Below are positions 52,084 through 64,000 of a stretch of 64,000 nt of DNA, piece by piece. How positions within the stretch are numbered: the first letter of the stretch is position 1; each line of letters begins with the position of its first letter. The stretch is from Fimbriosthenelais zetlandica (lineage: Eukaryota), in the NCBI GenBank assembly GCA_977030845.1, contig OZ365115.1:11098001-11162000 (forward strand), given 5' to 3'. Position numbers and translations under genes: made by a program. Below the pieces are notes generated by a model, which searched no databases, had not been told where the DNA came from, and saw only the letters and a program-made list of their open reading frames with translations.

Positions 52084-55000
52084 TAAAGGGGAGCTTGCCA
52101 ATTTCCATAATATAGGGCAAATATATACATCAAGTTCCTGGTAGGCATTAATGATGTGGTTGAGTCATTAATCTTAATTGATACGTATAACAGTAATGAT
52201 AGCGCCCATTGATAAATGTCTCATGAAAAGAATCTACGTTTACAACAATTGAAAGAAATACTGGTCGGAAAGAGCGCAAAAAGTCAATTAAAACAATATC
52301 CATACTGAATAGTTACAATATAAATTTCTGTAATGACAAGTTAAATTCTATATCTGTCAGGATATGTTGAAACTTGACATTGTTTCTATATTTCAATGGA
52401 TCACGGAAAAACACATTTTCATTTGAATCCCTGTCAGTGAAAAGATTTCTCTTGAAGCCTGATTTATGGGATTACCCATAAGGGTTTTTACCCCTTATTT
52501 TCATCACTCAACCCCACCTCCCCATCACCAGGAAGGGCAGACACAGGCTCAATTGTGTCCTCATCACCTAGGATTGGTCACATTATGGGCTATTGTTAAC
52601 AAACATTACACTTCCCTGTATTTTTCATCAAATGGACCATTCCATTGAGAATACTGGACCTATAGTTCTGACCAAGAAGAAAAATATATAAAAGAATTTT
52701 TCATGAAGGCTAGTGAATGAATCATGAAGAGTGGCTAGGGGATTATGTACTTGTCTGATATATTGGTATCATATATATATCATATATATATATATCAGAA
52801 AAAGTACTAGGCCTACTAAAGCAAATATTAGAAAAATCTTTATAAGCCTATAAAGTGTGGGCCTAAATTTCAAGTGAATTCATGGATGGGTGAGTGAGTG
52901 CATGGGTGGATGAATGAAATAATTGCGTTTATGACAGAAATCTTGGACATGATTCAAACAATGTAACACCTTAAACATGTACTTGAGGGTTGGTGTAGCA
53001 TGCCGAGTATACATGCTGAATAAGATTCATGGAAATCCCCTCTGGGAAACCCCGTGACGTCACTTTTCATGTCAAGGAGCATTGTTAAGTAGGCTATCGT
53101 GACCCAGAAACTAGATAACTTACTGTATGCATACTCAATGCAAGCTTGAAAGGATTGAATGAGAGTGCAAAAATCCCCCATGAAAAAGAACTAAATTATT
53201 ACCAATGTGTCTTCGGGCAACTGTTTCTTTAGCTAGGATCTCTTAAGCAAGAACACATCTTCTATTGTCCAATAATATAGGCCTAACAGTATACCTGTAA
53301 TTCATTGTGAATCATGTACAGCAATATTTATTTACCTCCAACGCCTTCTGTTAATAAAAATTTAACATATGATATTACATACATATTCCCAGTACAGTCC
53401 AAAAGGTAAGATTTCATCCAAGATAAGCTTTAAAGGATTTCCTCCCACATGATTATTATTTCTCATCAGAAAATAAACCAGATTAATATACCACAGTTCC
53501 ACTTCCTTTCCTTCTTGCAACTGATAATTCTAATCAGAATACTTTTTAAAAAAACACTTAAATAAATAATTTGTGAATAGATTTTTTGTTAAAACTGAAT
53601 TCCTGTCCGGTTATGAAGTCACAAATTCTAATGAAAAGTGGAAAAGGAAAAAACTTAATTATTTGACATCCGTGTTGTAAAGAAAGAAGGGAAAGATATT
53701 GAGACTATCGTTAAAACATACATTATACATGTAAAGGAAATCCACGCCTTATCTAATCTAAATGGGGGAGGTTGACAGGGATGGGCTACTTATATTATGT
53801 GACTGTAGCCATGTGTACATAGAGTGGTATTTTGACTATAGGCCTACAAACTTTGATGAAGGATATTTGAGGGAGATGTGTACAGTGGCCTACCTATATC
53901 AATATTATGGTCACATAACCAATGTTGATAAACAGAGGTAGAACGGAAGTTAGCCATATCCGCCAGATGCGTTAATATTGCCAATTCTTTGTTATTGAAT
54001 AAGCTCTTTTTAGTTAGACACACCTGTACAAAGATGGAATGCAATTTATGTTCGCACTTGGCAAGCCTATAGGGGGATTGCTATATATAGCCTCACAGAA
54101 GTTTCATAGGCTAGCCTAGCATGCAATACCGTTTTATAGGGGGAGGGGTGATAAAACAATATTGATGAATACGACGAAAAGATTCATTCATGCAGGCAGG
54201 TTGTTACTATTAATACACATTAAGTTGCTTTGAATTTAGTGGTGGTTTGATATCAATTAGACTAGCAAATACAGTACATATTGAATGCATGTATTTTAGT
54301 AAAGGTAATTTCTTTCAAGAGTGACACATGAGCCCAAGGCGAGCACATCAACCCAAACAATGACGTCACGGAATTCGCCGGCCCCTCACATGACTCTCGG
54401 TTATTGATTTTGCCCAGAAATAGCATCTTAGCCAGTCACCCACACACGCAGCCAACATGGCAATGTGCCAACAATCTACCTATAGCTGTATGGAACCATT
54501 ACTAGTACACATTGTACGGTTGTTTCTAATCATTCCTGTTCCTTATTGATTGATTCGAGTCCAATTTTTCATGATCAGATGGTAGATCGGCTTTTAGATG
54601 GAATGAGTTGGCAGTTCATCAGAAGGACATTGCGTTTTATTTTCATGGAATAGTACAGACAGACATGATGCAATGCTTCCAATGTTTGTCAACAGACACA
54701 CCACGTGATGCAGATCGATACCTCTGCGTCATAACAAGGCTAGACTGACTGTGGTTCTGGAAAAAACTGCCCAAACTTGCCATGAGCGTCAGGAGCTGAG
54801 GACATGGGCGATGTCGCAATCTAAGCTAGATATACGCATTTCATCTTTCTGGATTATATTATTGCCTACATGAATGATTAGGTTTTCATGTCTTCAATGA
54901 AAGAATCCCATAAACTTTGCAAGTAGGCTTTCTCAAATGAAAGCTAGCTGTTTTTGACATTTTTTGAACAAGAAGATTATTATTTGTCCTGCATTTTGTA

Positions 55001-57353
55001 ATGAATGAACCATTACGATATATATGTATACATGTATAATAGTACCAGCACATTAGACCAGTAGTCTGTTTGTTGATGGCATGCCCCAGGGAGAAAACTT
55101 CATTCATTATACAAAAGCAATGCTCGCAGCACGTGTTGAGTGCATCTATCCTTGGGTCATGATGACATGAATAGCCTTGACCATGTGCTCGATTAATACG
55201 TCATGAATGAATGACATGGGAGCAATGTTTAGTACTTAGTGCATGGGCTGAAGTGTGATAAAAATATATACTATTATAAGGGTCGTCTGAAAGTTCAATA
55301 AAGGCAAGTTATACCTATTGTTAAGGGATTCATATAAAGTATTTTTGTAAATTGTTATTTACCATAATCTTGTTCAAATATAATCTTGATTGTTCATCAT
55401 ACAGCAACTAAATAACGGTCTATCACGCCACTTTCCTTCGTCTGCATGCCCTTGTTAGCATCTAATTTATTGCAGTACTTTTTTCAATTTATATTAAAGA
55501 TGTTAGAGTCAATGTATTCGCGAGTATCAGTCTTCTCTTATCTCGATCTTCCTTTTAACCACTCACAAAGAGATCTTTTTATTTACTTGAAACCTACCCT
55601 AAAAAATGGCATTGATGAACGCAAATGTAAGTTATGTATGTCACCAGGCTTATTTTTCTGGATTACTAAAAATACTAGAAATACATAAAAGGAAATGAAA
55701 TAAAAATACTTAAATAAAATTATAGTTTGTTATGCAAAAAGGAGTTATAAATTGGATTTGTCTCTTTAGGTTAAATGAGGTAAACAACATTCATTATTGA
55801 AATTTGAATAGGACCTACCCCCTGCATTGGTAATACATCATTCGATTAATCTACATATATAGTTAAGTCTTCAATAATAGCTATACTTTTCACAGCTGTT
55901 TTCGACTTGGTTGCAGATTTATGTGACAATCTTACATATAAATCAAGATCTTTTTACATTATCAGATCGGATATAAACAGGGTTTTAAGTTGGAAATAAA
56001 TAAGAAGTCTGCCCTCTACCCCCTTCATGCTTCCGCCCCTCATATATTTTCTGATGTCTCCAGTTGAATTAAAGTAATCTTAGACTTGAATTTTACTTAG
56101 TAACTCATTCGCTGAAATGTCGGCAGGGAGAGTTTAAGACGAAATCTAAAAATGTTCTACATTGAGAAAAAAAGTATAATATTGGAATTGGGACACTTCA
56201 GTCGCAGTATGCATCTTCTGCATCTTCATAACCACGGGGACAACACTTCAATTTGAAAATCAGGTGAAATCAAGAGGGAAACACACGTACTGTCAGCTCT
56301 ATGACCTGTTCTTATTTATAGGCAGCATTTGTACCTTAATTTAACATCTCCCACCATAGACAGTTGGCTGATTGGCCGCTAATTCTTACATGCCACTAAT
56401 TTGTGAATTCATCAGATAGGTATTGAGAAAGGTGTGGCTGCGGCAGTTCAGTCAGTGCTCACACCTTTCTCTTCCCCCAGGCAGTTAGTGACATGTCATC
56501 TCATACTCGACCTATTTCTAAAGAAATGTTAAGTACATTCTTCCCTTAATTGATGTGGGTGGCTGAGACATGCAGAGATAGAAATCATACCCTGTAAAGC
56601 CGGCATTATCACACCCCTTTATTGTATTATGATTTATCCCCTTTTTAAGCGTCAGCAACCTGGACCGGAATAATCTGACATCCAAAATTGGCCCCAAAAT
56701 GATGGATCTGAACCTTTATGATGATACCTGTAAGATCTCCCTGGTCATACTGGTATTATTTTGGGCTAAAATCATGTTATTATTAGACTGCGTGTCCAAA
56801 GTCTATAAAATTATAAGGTTTCCTGTCACTGTGCTGTTGACCGATTATTGACCAATGGCATTAATCAGGAGCACATTTTCTGAAAAGAGCCCTAGAAAAA
56901 TATTAAGCATTCGGGTTCAAGCACTTCGGTAGCCAATGGTAAAACACTTTCACCAATACCTGATTCATCAAGGCGTATAGCCAATTAGCATTATTGAATG
57001 CTACACACCTGTTATAGGTATAAAATAACCTTGTGTTTAATAGATCCTAAGATTGAATTATATTGAAGTACATTAAATTTCAATGCGACCAAACATAATC
57101 TAAAAGCTCTGTGTATAGCCAGGTCAATTTTGGAAAACCCACAAACGACAAATTCCTCCCCGCCCCCACCCCCCAATTCTATAAAGGATCCGGCCCCAGG
57201 GTCTTACTTCCCCGGGTTGGGTCCGGGTAGATATCATGGGGTAGAGTGGAGGTCGGTATAGATGTATGGATGGAATAACCTAATTATAGGCATCATTTAC
57301 TTGTGAGGCATCACTGACAATCCCATGGGAAATATTTCAGATATGCACCATTC

Positions 57354-57454
57354 AAAACCCTATAGGTGACACAATATACCAGACAGAAAAACCCTATAGG
57401 TGACACAATATACCAGACAGAAAAACCCTATAGGTGACACAATATACCAGACAG
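57354..57454. repeat. Minisatellite, 34 bp x 3
   Basis: aaaaaccctataggtgacacaatataccagacag repeated exactly. Confidence 0.95.
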
Positions 57455-58029
57455 AAATACATATAGGCTAAATGCAACTAAATTGGCCAATTATAAATTG
57501 TACAGTTCACTGTTACTGGGTGAATCATTGTTACAAGGAATTCCAGCAGGATGTGGAACATTTTACAACTGGAGCATTACCAGGGCATTTACGTTCAGAC
57601 TATGAATAACCAGGCAATATGTAAAGTTAAAAGGAACATTGAAAAGGAACTAAAATACCAACATACAAAAATATTCATGAGGCATATTGCCTTAATATCT
57701 ATAATTCTGTAGATCTAGATTATTTCCCTTAAATGATAGCTGACCTAATTGGAGTGAAAATAACATTATGCTGAGCCATTTTATCTTGAAGCAAGCTGTA
57801 TAAAAGTGTTCATGCATGAATGCCTACTTCCGGGGACAGTTAACTTAGTTTCAGACCATCATGATAGTCATTGTTATAAATCTTATACATGTAAATCAGA
57901 ATGCTAGAACCATGTTCAGAAAACCAAACCAATTCAACATAGGTTTTCCTATGGGAAAAAGTTACCCAAAATGCTTTAAAGAGTATATTATATCAATCCA
58001 AAATTAATCGATTTTCTGGATGATAGAAA

Positions 58030-58074
58030 ACTGAAAAATTGTTGAAAGTGACGTTAAACCCAATTCAATCAATC
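58030..58074 (+). mobile_element. Isolated SINE 3' tail fragment
   Basis: actgaaaaattgttgaaagtgacgttaaacccaattcaatcaatc differs at 2 positions from the tail of the SINE at 60354-60600. Confidence 0.8.
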
Positions 58075-58194
58075 ACAATTTATCACAATCTCATTTTATA
58101 CACAATTAAAATAAACTTATGTTCCTAAAATAAGAGAAATCAGTTGAGTTTTTACACCTTTATTGCCAGTAAAGTTAATCAAGTGATGGAATAT

Positions 58195-59004
58195 TTAGAC
58201 ACCGGAGACCTCCTTGATCCAGCTCCTCACCGCGCCTATCCTAGTGTAGACAGACGGGAAAGACGTGTAGCATCCGCTAATACCAAACGATGTCACCCCA
58301 GCCAGCTTCCCTGAGCATACAAGAGGGCCTCCTGAATCACCATTACAGGAGCCAGCACCGCCCCTCCCACCTACACATATATGGCCTTCATTAACAATGG
58401 AGAAGCTGAGCCGACATCGAGGTAGAGAGAGCACAGGAAGGACCGCGGCCTGGAGGGTGGTGGGCAGGGAGGCACCGCCCTCAGTAGTAACACCCCAGCC
58501 TGAGATGGTACAGCCTTGACCTGTGAAATCATCAATGTTCTCAGCCATGGCGATTGGTTGGACATACTCGTTCATTTCAACGGTGTCCATCAGCTTGATC
58601 ATGGCAGCATCAGTGGTGTCAACCCGACCAGTCCACCCTGGATGGACAATGATGTCATCAATATAGTAACCGACCGGAGCGCCAACTGAAGTGTCACCTC
58701 GTCTGTGGAGTCCCATGACAACGTAGAGTCTATACTTTCCATCTCCGACACAGTGAGCCGCTGTCACAACCCAAGTGTCAGAAACCAAGGCACAACCACA
58801 GATGTGACTGCCAAAGGTCTCAACTGCAGACCTCCTCCGACCAATATACTGGAGCGATCCTTGCCACGGAAACTCACCAACAAGGGCATCCCGACCATGG
58901 ATGATGAAGGGATTGGTCGACTCTTTGTTGATAATAGGAATATTATGAGCATAAATGGTGTAGGCACAGACGGCCAGGATGGCTGTAAATAGCATGGTCT
59001 TCAT
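58195..59004 (-). CDS. Intronless secreted S1A serine protease (chymotrypsin/elastase-like, resembling invertebrate fibrinolytic enzymes), 269 aa
   Basis: Signal peptide MKTMLFTAILAVCAYTIYA, propeptide ending NPF|IIHG, TAAHC (His), TTDAAMIKL (Asp), GDSGGP (Ser). AGSC gives a non-Asp S1 residue. AATAAA at 58164-58159. Confidence 0.95.
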   Translation of the reverse strand: MKTMLFTAILAVCAYTIYAHNIPIINKESTNPFIIHGRDALVGEFPWQGSLQYIGRRRSAVETFGSHICGCALVSDTWVVTAAHCVGDGKYRLYVVMGLHRRGDTSVGAPVGYYIDDIIVHPGWTGRVDTTDAAMIKLMDTVEMNEYVQPIAMAENIDDFTGQGCTISGWGVTTEGGASLPTTLQAAVLPVLSLPRCRLSFSIVNEGHICVGGRGGAGSCNGDSGGPLVCSGKLAGVTSFGISGCYTSFPSVYTRIGAVRSWIKEVSGV

Positions 59005-59064
59005 GATGGTTGTTCTGGTCGTCACAAACAGAAAGTCAGTGTCAAAGGGAGGTGCAGCACAGGC

Positions 59065-59102
59065 TTTTATATGAGACAGCTCCAGTTATATCTATCTTAT
59101 CT
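59065..59102 (-). promoter_or_regulatory. TATA box and tandem GATA sites of the protease gene
   Basis: TATAAAA at 59071-59065, 61 nt before the ATG; three adjacent GATA motifs (cagataagatagata) at 59103-59089. Confidence 0.7.
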
Positions 59103-60353
59103 GTAAAGCTGATCATGTAACACCATCTGCTGAAAGCATCACTGTAAATCCCCGTATGGGGATATTCATTGGAATGACATCTATGACAAAATTTAGTGAA
59201 TAAATATCTCTTGAAAATACTATGATTATAAGATTATTCAGTGGGCAATGCTGGTGACTATGAATGTAGAATTTGACCTTTTGGGAAGTTCAGCAATTTC
59301 TTGTAGGGAATAGGGATACTGATGCTACTTATTTATGATAAAAAATAAATATTTAGCCCATTGACATAAAGGACAGACAAGGGTTAAATATATAGCCATT
59401 TTAACACAAACTGTCAATGTAAATGACTGTGGATCTATATAAAGAAATAGTGTAAAATAATAGTATAAGTATAAAAAGAGTTTGACAGGTTTTTCAATTT
59501 TTACAGTAGCGTGGGAGATGGTAAGTTGGCAACAGGTGTGAAGATAATATACGTAGAGGCGGGCAGATTCTTCTCTTTGTTCTTTGCCTGTTTATCTATA
59601 TCTTGTCATTGTGTTACACAAACTGTATAGATCTATAGACCCACATGGCCATGGCCATTAGTTTAAATCCCAGGGACATGAAACTGAAACAAAAGTATCA
59701 GTTAAGACTTTTCATGAAATTATAGAAAATATCATTAATTAATGTACAGTATATATATATACTCTATATGTATATTCTATTAGTTTGGCATTGAGATAAT
59801 TTGGAAGTTGAGCCAAAATAATTCCTTTATCATAACCGGTATTTCTCATGAGAACTGGCATGCAGAAAAACACTATGAAAATAAGAACGAGGAAGAAAAA
59901 ATATTATATATCGTGTCCCCTGTTGGGTTCGTAGAAGAATTTTTTCCCCCACAAAAATGCTATCTACGCCTATACATGGTCAATGGTTTGAATGTTTCAT
60001 CCTGATCTGGAAGCACTCTGAATGACACATTGCGCACAAATGTAGAAAATAAACAGAATCAAAACACAGAATCGCTGCACCCCTCTCAAGAAGAATTTAC
60101 AAGAAAAGTGGCACCACCACTGGAAAATGAGATCATCCAAATCCTGTCCGCATCTTTGGAATAACATTGTTAAAATACAAACATTTGACACCCATCTACA
60201 CCAGCATCATAAATTTATACACCAGCAACATATATAAAGAGAGAGGTCCTCACTTCATATTATAGAGTATGTCCATCTGACAGCTGACATAATCGTATAT
60301 ATTAAACTCACAGGATAGAATTCATTGTGCCCAAACTCAGTTTAAATTGGTTA

Positions 60354-60600
60354 TGATTGATTGATGATTGATTGAATGGGGTTTAACGTCACTTTCAACA
60401 ATGTTTCAGTTATATCATGAGGGTGCCTACTTGTGACAGTGAACCCTCATTTAAAGTGCTGCCTCATTGAGGTATCATATCACAAGCAGATAATATGAGA
60501 TCTCACCCAGTCACATTATACTGACACCGGCTTGACCCGGCCGCGGTTCGAACCGGCGACCTTCCACACATGGAGCAGACATTCTACACCGCCGCCGTGT
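60354..60600 (-). mobile_element. tRNA-derived SINE (MetaSINE-like) with (TCAA)n tail
   Basis: Minus strand: B-box ggttcgaacc, body ggtgtcagtataatgtgactgggtg...gaggcagcact...tgttgaaagtgacgttaaacc, then a tcaa repeat tail. The family name is from recalled resemblance only. Confidence 0.75.
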
Positions 60601-61199
60601 AGAAAGTAGGCCCACCCATATCAACAAAACTACATGGCTAATTTGCATAATAAACACATCGCATCCCAGTACTGATAAATACAATGAATTGGGGACTCAG
60701 TAATAGTATTCAATAACAGGCCCTTCTAAGTGGATACAATCATTCTTATTACCATTTCTTATATTATATCAAGAACAAACCATGATTCTGTGTCAGTGAC
60801 AAGTCCCCAGTTCCCAGTACTTCTCTGTCACCGCAGAGCTGTATAGAAGAAAGTGTGTGAAAGTGACAGAGGAAAAATATCAATTAGTATAGCCTACCTT
60901 CATATGTAGGCCCGGCTACATGCTATTTTGTTTTCTCCATTTGCTCGGTTGTCGCCCTCCTTGCAGGTGTATTGGGATTCCAACATGTGGGTTATATTAT
61001 ATTCCTCAAAAATCAGTCGTTTTTATCTGAAAATTAAAACAGGTAGATAAGATACTGATGAGTTATCCAGGGCAATTTACGATCAAAATGTCGGCATACA
61101 AAAACTCCAAATATAATTATAATGATCATATCATTGAATTCATCAGCACACACACACTCAAGGGACAATTCCCAAATTATTCTTCTGTAACAAGTTACA

Positions 61200-62420
61200 A
61201 AAAACACCGACCTAGATCCATTAAAAGGAGAGAAAACGAAAGTGCGACCCACCTACCCCACCCCCCCCTCCGGCTCCACACACAGGAGCGAGATTCATCC
61301 AGAGGTAGGTATCCAGTCTTTTTTGTTCAATGTTCATGGGGGTAGCCGCCATAAAATCCAAACTAGGGATTTCAGCGTACTGATAAGAAAAAGGCAGGCT
61401 ATACCCGGCCTGAGGCAACGGACTTATGTCAGTGTCTACAGTGCTCACACGAAAGGTAACAGTGACAGCCCTACCCCGCCCCGACCGGTGACCCCAAACA
61501 AACATTGAAAACTGTCTATCAATCCCATCCCAGCACTGCAATTAAGCAGAAAAACACACGAAACTATAACTTGAGTCTGCCTTCAGAAAAACAAGAGTCA
61601 GTTGCCCTAGAAATCCAAGAAAATAGCAACTCACGCAAGTGATCAAGCTCGACCTTCTTTGCTTCTTTGGCAGCCATGACAGTTTCCGGTTCTCGGGCAT
61701 GAGGTCACGTCCGTAAAAAAAAAATATGGGTAAATTTAAGAAAAAACCTCTTAATAATTATTCAAGATGCATTTTTCTAAGCTCATTTGAAAAAATATAA
61801 TGATTTGGATGGTTTTTAATCCAATTACTTATGTTTTTGCAAGTCTCGTTGTCGCGATATTTTCACGGGATCGAGGTAGCGAACTCACGAGAATGAGGTA
61901 AGCGAAATTCATTTTCTTTAATTTCTTTTTTTTTGCACCACGAAAATACTTATTAATTCTCCACACCCAATGGCATCCGTCGGCCAGAAGTTCCTTGATA
62001 CAGCCAAGAACGTCTTGGTGGTGAAAATCCGCAGTATATCTCAATCTTTTTCTTACTTTTCTATAATTTGATTTGAACGCATTCGGCAACGTGGCCAACC
62101 TGCCGCAGAAGGCCCATTCCGCCATATTGATTAATAACTAATCAAGCATAACAATTATTATCCGTTAGCATTCACCTGAACTGTAGGTCATTTATCGAAA
62201 ATTCCTTTCTAAATAAGATTGATAGACATTTATCAATCGAATTGTGTGTGCTTTGAGATGTGATGACGGTCGGAACATTTATTTTTTGTCATGTTTTTAC
62301 GAGAAAAAAACGATGAATTGTAACACAGAGTGAGTGGAGCGGCCATTATATAAGAGCCACGAGGCCTATTTTGTTTGTCGTCCTCTTATGTCGCCTGCCA
62401 TTCTAGTGTGTGTTAGGCTC
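61200..62420. promoter_or_regulatory. CpG-rich putative bidirectional promoter
   Basis: Minus-strand ccggaaactgtcATGGCTGCC with donor C|gtgagt at 61635/61634. Plus-strand strong donor gag|gtaagc near 61897. gccattatataag at ~62343-62355. Confidence 0.45.
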
Positions 62421-62831
62421 GGAAAGTTATTTTAAGAAAAGTGGATTTCCCTTTGATTTGTTTTGACGGGAGTTTTGAATTGGGGCAGAATTGTTTGGAT
62501 GGGAGTTTTGAATTAGGGGAGAAGTAGACTTGGGCCAATTGTGGTAAAATGGCGTCAAGCATGGTTCGACTGATTTCTGGATGTGATAATAATTAGGCCT
62601 ATTCCTGCTTTATTTATTTTCTCAAATTCCTCCGGCCTGAACTATTCCTTTTATTGGGGGATATTGAAATGGAATAATTTAAATGTATTTTTTTTCCACT
62701 TATGTTTTAGAATTAAATTTTAGTGTGTTAGGCTACCTTGCAGATTGAAATATGTGCCTAATTAATACGCCGCTTATATCAAATATTAATTATTAATAAT
62801 TATCCTAATGTTATGTTTTGAAATTTTCTAG

Positions 62832-63444
62832 GCATCTGCGTTTGCGACAACAACCAAAGCTGAATAATTCATCCATTCCCAATAGCGGCATCTATATATT
62901 ATGCTCACATAATCTCAACAAATCCTCATTGGCCGTGGCTGCGGTGATGAACCTATGAGTACTCCTATGACTTAGGGCAAAAAGATGTAAGTATCTTATC
63001 ATTCTGTTTTGGATATCATGTGATTTCTTTTGGATGTCTTGGTTTCATGATAATGCATGGATAGGTTACTGTACATATGTACTGGGAAAACCTTGATTAG
63101 ACTTGCACGGGACTCAATGGACTAGGTGGTATTTTTAATGGGAAAAAGCTTCGATATTAGACTTACACATGACTCAATCATTAATATATACAATAATTAT
63201 TAATTAAAATTATAATTAGAAATATTTGTTTAAAATTATTATCAATGACTTATATTTACTTAAATTATAATTATTTTAATATTATTGTTACATTTCCAGA
63301 GCTACAACAGCAGTAGCAACCAAAGATGACAGGGATTCATTCACTCCGTGGCGGCACATAAATTCTATAGACAATACTATGCAGTATCATGCTACTTCTT
63401 GGCCGTGTCTACAACGATGACCCCACATTATTCAACAACAAAAT
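62832..63444 (+). ncRNA. Two spliced exons without a shared ORF (62832-62986, 63300-63444); lncRNA or 5'UTR of a gene beyond the window
   Basis: ttttctag|g...aagat|gtaagt and tttccag|a...aaaat|gtgagt; stop codons occur in every frame. Confidence 0.5.
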
Positions 63445-63507
63445 GTGAGTACACTTTGTTTTCATTTGTTAGGGCTATGGTCTAGTACTATGGATCGGGG
63501 ACTTGGG

Positions 63508-63633
63508 AGTAGTATAGGGAGATGTGGCTTATAAGTAGTATAGGGAGATGTGGCTTATAAGTAGTATAGGGAGATGTGGCTTGTAAGTAGTATAGGGAGA
63601 AGTGTGTTATAAGTAGTATAGGGAGATGTGGCT
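63508..63633. repeat. Minisatellite, 26 bp x ~4.8
   Basis: agtagtatagggagatgtggcttata repeated with few substitutions. Confidence 0.95.
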
Positions 63634-64000
63634 GGTCAGGCTGCCTTCAAACACACTCCATTCACACACTGCCTGATTCCCTGAATTATTTTGGTGTGAC
63701 CTAACTAAGGTGGTGTGATAAATTGTAGATATTTGTCATAGAAAATTGTTTATCATGCATGTTTTGGGATTAAATATTAGATGAATCCCCAAATGAATGA
63801 GTTATTTAGAATATTTATACAGCCAAATTAAGAGGAGTTTGCTAGGCTCACGGGGCAGATGAATTATCAGTCATGATTTTCAGCCTAGGGCGGTGTTTGT
63901 GCAGGAACTAAAGCTAAGATGAGATGAAAGGAGTGCAATGATAGAGAGAGGTGAGGGAAATTCGGAAGGTCAGATTATTTTCTTCGGGAATGTAATGATA

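Noticed and set aside
57354-57454. taggtgacac in the 34-bp repeat as SP6-promoter vector contamination
   Set aside because: Only a 10-nt partial match, inside a genomic minisatellite, with no other vector sequence.
59380-59396. aagggTTAA end as the right TIR of an element carrying the protease gene
   Set aside because: I found no matching left end (ttaacccttgtc) between 52 and 59 kb.
61021-61460. Hammerhead or HDV-like ribozyme (ctgatgag at ~61046; ctgagg...gaaa at ~61410-61454)
   Set aside because: The required stems and GAAA/cleavage-site arrangement are not present.
61829-62125. 98-aa ORF (RKRLRYTADF...) as a pogo/Brinker-type DNA-binding domain
   Set aside because: Resemblance is limited to a few residues; no downstream transposase or TIRs.
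61898-63299. Intronic box C/D snoRNAs (host-gene hypothesis), also checked in GMPS introns
   Set aside because: No RTGATGA...CTGA pair with terminal stems at plausible spacing was found by eye; a snoscan/Infernal run would be decisive.

Overview
Eukaryotic, AT-rich animal genomic DNA with GT-AG introns. A MetaSINE-like repeat hints at a mollusc or other lophotrochozoan, but the taxon is inferred. There is one assembly gap (230 N, 33748-33977). Genes reconstructed by hand: (1) an uncharacterised 6-coding-exon gene on the minus strand (164/433-2464), head-to-head with (2) a complete 16-exon GMP synthase (GMPS, 4443-9728, +, 682 aa); (3) a 9-coding-exon SLC6 Na+/Cl- amino-acid (glycine/proline-type) transporter on the minus strand (17962-51798, ~751 aa) with two very large 5' introns; (4) an intronless type-II membrane SGNH/PC-esterase-like gene (27688-29358, +) nested antisense in the SLC6 intron; (5) an intronless secreted S1A serine protease (58195-59004, -) with its own TATA box, GATA cluster and polyA signal; (6) a CpG-rich divergent promoter near 61.2-62.4 kb with spliced, apparently non-coding exons. 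Most striking unexplained structures: the nested SGNH gene sits wholly inside a perfect 13-bp piggyBac-type inverted-repeat pair (26844-29562), suggesting transposon gene capture. A 2.1-kb nested-palindrome array (11775-13905) contains two modules of convergent tRNA-like Pol III heads. Two 50-62-bp micro-transposons carry exact 9-bp target-site duplications. No rRNA, intact tRNA or CRISPR array was found.
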